A stretch of DNA of 37,998 nt, from contig NW_014040526.1 of NCBI RefSeq assembly GCF_001186125.1, positions 64,687 to 102,684 on the forward strand. Direction: 5' to 3'. The translations under genes were made by a program, and so were the position numbers. The notes beneath the pieces were generated by a model. That model worked only from the letters and a program-made list of their open reading frames with translations, was not told the origin of the DNA and did no database searches. Positions within the stretch are counted from its first letter, which is position 1. Every line of letters begins with the position of its first letter. Source of the DNA: Sphaeroforma arctica JP610. Lineage: Eukaryota. Positions 34,093 through 37,998 of the stretch are shown here, one piece after another.

Positions 34093-34906
34093 ATCGTGAA
34101 CTAAGTCAAGTGCTGGTTATTGACGGCAGCCTGATTTGAAATTTCGGAGTTACCGAATTTTCTTATTGTTGTATATATTAAAAAATAGGATGTTGATTGT
34201 ACAGGGCCTAGGATGCAGACACGTATATTCCTAGTACCGCCACTCGAGATAAACTTTCAAATACCACGGGGAATTTTACGAACTATACACTTGGAGTGAG
34301 AGTGATCCTATTGCTAGTTTAAGCATCAAAATGGTTGCGCCTCTTCACATCATACTTATAATTTTGGTGCTAGTTTTCAAAGCATTCAAACAGTTGTGCC
34401 TCTCATGTCAGGCCTTCCAGTGCAGTTTGACTCGAACGATTTCAATTTCTATGGAGAAATTTGCTTGGTGGGAGAGTGATTCTATTGCTAGTTTTCCAAG
34501 CGTGCTTACCACTTATTTGTGCAATTTGACTTGCAGGCTTTCTTGAGCTCGTTATTCCCATCGTTCCAACCACTTTTTAATTTGCTGTGGAATACTTTTG
34601 CTTCAAACTATAAATTGATTGCAAAGTCGTTTCCAATTGCACAACAACGATTGTTGTTCGTGTTCCCTACTTCGCGGATAATATCACTCTATGGACAACG
34701 ATCTGTGACGAGATTTTATTAAATTCTACAAAGTACGGTGCGGAGCCGCAGCGTCCGAAATCTTGTTTTCAACTAGTATACCCTCGTTCATACCCAACCC
34801 CAACCCAGTTCATTGGGACAAAGTCTGGGTCAGAGCTCAAGTGTAAATTTACAATCAACTACATGAGCAACAACCATTTCTGTTGTCAAGCAAAAAGAAC
34901 TGAAAA

Positions 34907-35850
34907 TTATTGAAAATATTTTTCGTTTTGGTAGGTCACACCATGATTTGTGACCCTCAAGATTGCGCCATTTTTCTGTTCATCCTCGATTAATGTCATA
35001 AAGCAATCCGCCACCTCGTCGGCTGTTAGCGCTCGGCCCAAGGCGTCCACAATCTTGGCTCCATTTGGAATTGATGATTTTAAGTGAGTAAGCAAAGGTG
35101 TCTCCGCGAACGAAGGACACAGTGTGTTGACACGGATAATCTGATCCTTGCCTTTCTGTGCGCGATTGTAGCTCTCTAAACGTTCATATACACTGCGTGA
35201 GTATTGAATTACGCCAGCCTTGGTGGCGGCGTACACTGGTGCGAACGGCATGGGATAGATTCCCCCCATAGAAGCTACGTTTACGATCACACCAGCCACC
35301 TTCTCCATCTGCATCTTGTGCACAGCGAGTGTAGTACCGTCGATGACAGCCTTAAGATTTATGTTAATCGTGCGCGCGACATCGGACTCGTCTCCAATGC
35401 CGGCGTTGTTCACCATGACTTGCAATGGGGAATTAAAATATTCCTCAGCCGTTTTTATGGCCTCTGAGATATCCTCCGGCTTTGTAACGTCTGCATTCGA
35501 TGCAAGGGTGTCGTGTTGTACATTTGTGGAGTTTTTTTTTTAGTGTTGCAAGAAAATCATGTGAACCAAATAATAGCATACTGTTTAAATATTGAAAGTA
35601 AAGCTGAACATGAAACTATAGAAACAATATTGAAACAATAGAAACAATAGAAACAACAAAGATTAAATTATAACTGACCTCCTTCGAACAGATGAAGGCC
35701 TTCCCCTGCATCTTGAGAATGCAAGAGTGAGTCGGTGTAGCTCTTATCCATCACGCACACCTTCGCATTCGCTGCAATGAGTCTCTGTACTAACTTAAAG
35801 CCCAGCCCACTTGCACCACCGGTGACGAGGCACACACGATTGCGTAGCAT
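34907..35850 (-). CDS. Classical short-chain dehydrogenase/reductase, 15-hydroxyprostaglandin dehydrogenase-like (exons 35850-35679, 35490-34907; 251 aa)
   Basis: TGGASGLG, GDVT across a phase-1 GTCAGT...CAG intron, NNAG, NVASMGG, YAATK, LCPSFAETPL. Confidence 0.93.
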
Positions 35851-36193
35851 TTTTGTTGTTTAGTCCTGAACGTGACGGTAACCCTTTTTTATAACTGTTG
35901 ATAAGCAACGAATATTGGTGTATGCAAGACATTGTTCTGTTTATATGCCTTTTAGAAATAGAAGTGAGGCAATGTATGATAGCTGATACGCACTTTGTTT
36001 ATTTTGGCGAGAAGCCTTTACTTGACACTTGTGACAGTGACAGTTGACATACCACTCACCAGACGTCGCACGGCCGCAGACGGTGGCCGGAAAGGCAAAG
36101 TGTACACCGTCACAAGGCGAGACTTTTTTGCTCACTGATTTTTTTTTAAAACCTGCCGCCTGGAGCGGCGAGGGACTGAAAGTCTGAAAATGC

Positions 36194-36286
36194 CATGGCC
36201 CTCTGGATTAGGTTCGCGAGCAGAAATCAGGTTTCGTCCGACGAGAAATCGTAAATTTAGCAGAGATCCAAATCCAGAGGGCCATG
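36194..36286. repeat. 93-bp element with 16-bp perfect inverted termini (MITE-like)
   Basis: catggccctctggatt ... aatccagagggccatg; no clean target duplication. Confidence 0.55.
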
Positions 36287-37998
36287 AAAAAGCTTTGCAT
36301 TTTGCTCAATCCTAAAATTTACCTGAAGTTTTAATGTTTCTGATTGGTAATTTTTGTGGTATATCCCTTTTCATTATATAAAGAGACAGACAGAAAACCT
36401 TGATAGTTGATATTTGATAAGCTATAACGTGTTTAATAGAATCCAAAAAAAGGGGGAGGGGAGGCTCTTTCCTCTTTCCTCTTATTTTACAGTTGGGACT
36501 AGACATGACCACTTTGCTACCATATTTAGGTAAAACAGGTAGCGCGCCAGAGCAGGCCTGCCCTCTTCACGGTTGTAACGACAGCACTGCTTTAAAAAAA
36601 AACAGGCACTGCTTTTTTTAAAACAGTGAATTTTGAACTATTCAAATGCACCCGTATGTCCACTGAGGCTGTTTCCAGGGTACACCTATAGTCCAATTAT
36701 AAAAATGCAGCGTTCGAACTAAAAAGAGCTCAGCCCCAAAAAAAGGGGAGGGGGGGGAGTCGCCTGAAACAAATCTCCACTTGGAACCGCCTTATTTGTC
36801 TGTGACTGTACCTTTAAAACGGACCATACGCACGAGACGAACAGCATGGTGCAAATACCAGCAGCCAGAGTCTGGGGCTCTGGACTCTGGAGTCTGGGCA
36901 GTCGGCAACTCGGCATTTGGCACTTCTTGTAGGGCCATGAGTCCATGACTGGCCCGCCCAAGAAAGTGTGTTTTGTTTTGTTTTTGTAAAAAAAAAAGCA
37001 AAATGACAGCGTCAACGTTTCATTATTCATAGCCTCTTATTTTATACAAACGTTTATATATATAATTAATAATAAAAAACACTTTCAAAAAATCATCCTG
37101 TTTCTTCCGACTTCCGTCTTCCGGAGGATCGCAGTCTCGCAGAGACACAGACTCACATTCTCACTGTCTCACAGACCACAGTCGCAGTCTGACTCATAAA
37201 GACACAGACTCACACGCCAGGCCGCCATGCTGAAACGGCCAAGGCGGGGGTGTGAATCCTGTTTTCATTGGTGCTTAATTAATTCAAACTTTAGGCTATA
37301 TCCTGGACTCCTGGAGCAGAGAGGACTAAAATTATATTAATAAATATGTGTAAATAGAATAATAGATTGTGCAGAATTGTAGAGTCTGTACTCTGCTGGG
37401 AACAGGGAAACACGGAAATCTTCTTATTTGTATTTTAGTTTTTTTATAATAAAATACATACAAATTACAACCGTTCATACTACATACTCCATAGCGGCAA
37501 ATTAAACAAACCGTTATCTTTCTTTCAATGCTAGTTACTCATTGGCCCAGATTGGATCTGTTCAAATTCAAACTTCGAATATCAGACATATAGGAGCCGT
37601 GAACCAAAAAAATTGGCTTTAGGAGATGGGAGATAATTACTTTGGAGGTTGACCCAGAGGTACATTAAAAATCAATATCATTGGCAGTTAATCAACTTTA
37701 ATTCACCGTATTAGCGAGTAGTAAACGTACGCTTATTCTCATCCTGAACGGACTATTGGTTCAAAAGTTATGAAGTATTTCATTTTGTACCAGAACTGGG
37801 TCAATCTAGCCACACGTAAGCGTTATACAAGTCCATCCATACCTAACAGACCTTTCTGGCATTATAGCATTCTACTTTAATGGTATCTAGGGGATTATAT
37901 GTGCGCGTATAGCGAGCCTGGACTTGTATTTTGGGTACCTCATATCCTCACCGGTATAAAAGGTACTAGATAGAATATGAGGTACCCGAAATACACGT

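Noticed and set aside
36300..37998. Short ORFs and hairpins at the right end
   Set aside because: No recognisable protein motifs, splice structure or paired termini within the window.

Overview
Eukaryotic, intron-containing, repeat-rich genomic DNA. The animal-like Tom22 and GT-AG introns suggest a unicellular opisthokont or similar, but the host cannot be established here. Positions 1-16.6 kb are a nest of decayed Ty3/Gypsy-order LTR retrotransposons. Two very divergent elements each read gag-PR-RT-RNaseH-[Dam/DIRS-type DNA amino-methyltransferase]-DDE integrase, and element 1 also has a GPY/F module and a chromodomain-like tail. Solo/partial LTRs of a third family are also present. A methyltransferase of this type is known from tyrosine-recombinase DIRS elements, so its fusion into DDE-integrase Gypsy polyproteins is the most unusual signal in the window. 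Positions 16.9-29.9 kb (minus strand) hold a shattered, tandemly duplicated POT1-like (telomere ssDNA-binding OB-fold) pseudogene. It is interrupted by a 58-bp satellite, a 229-bp tandem repeat and a direct-repeat-bounded cassette carrying tRNA-Val(AAC) and retroelement debris. Positions 30-33 kb are micro/minisatellite and repeat DNA. These are followed by two intact convergent host genes, TOM22 (3 exons, +) and a classical SDR dehydrogenase (2 exons, -). All domain calls come from manual motif recognition; no searches were run.
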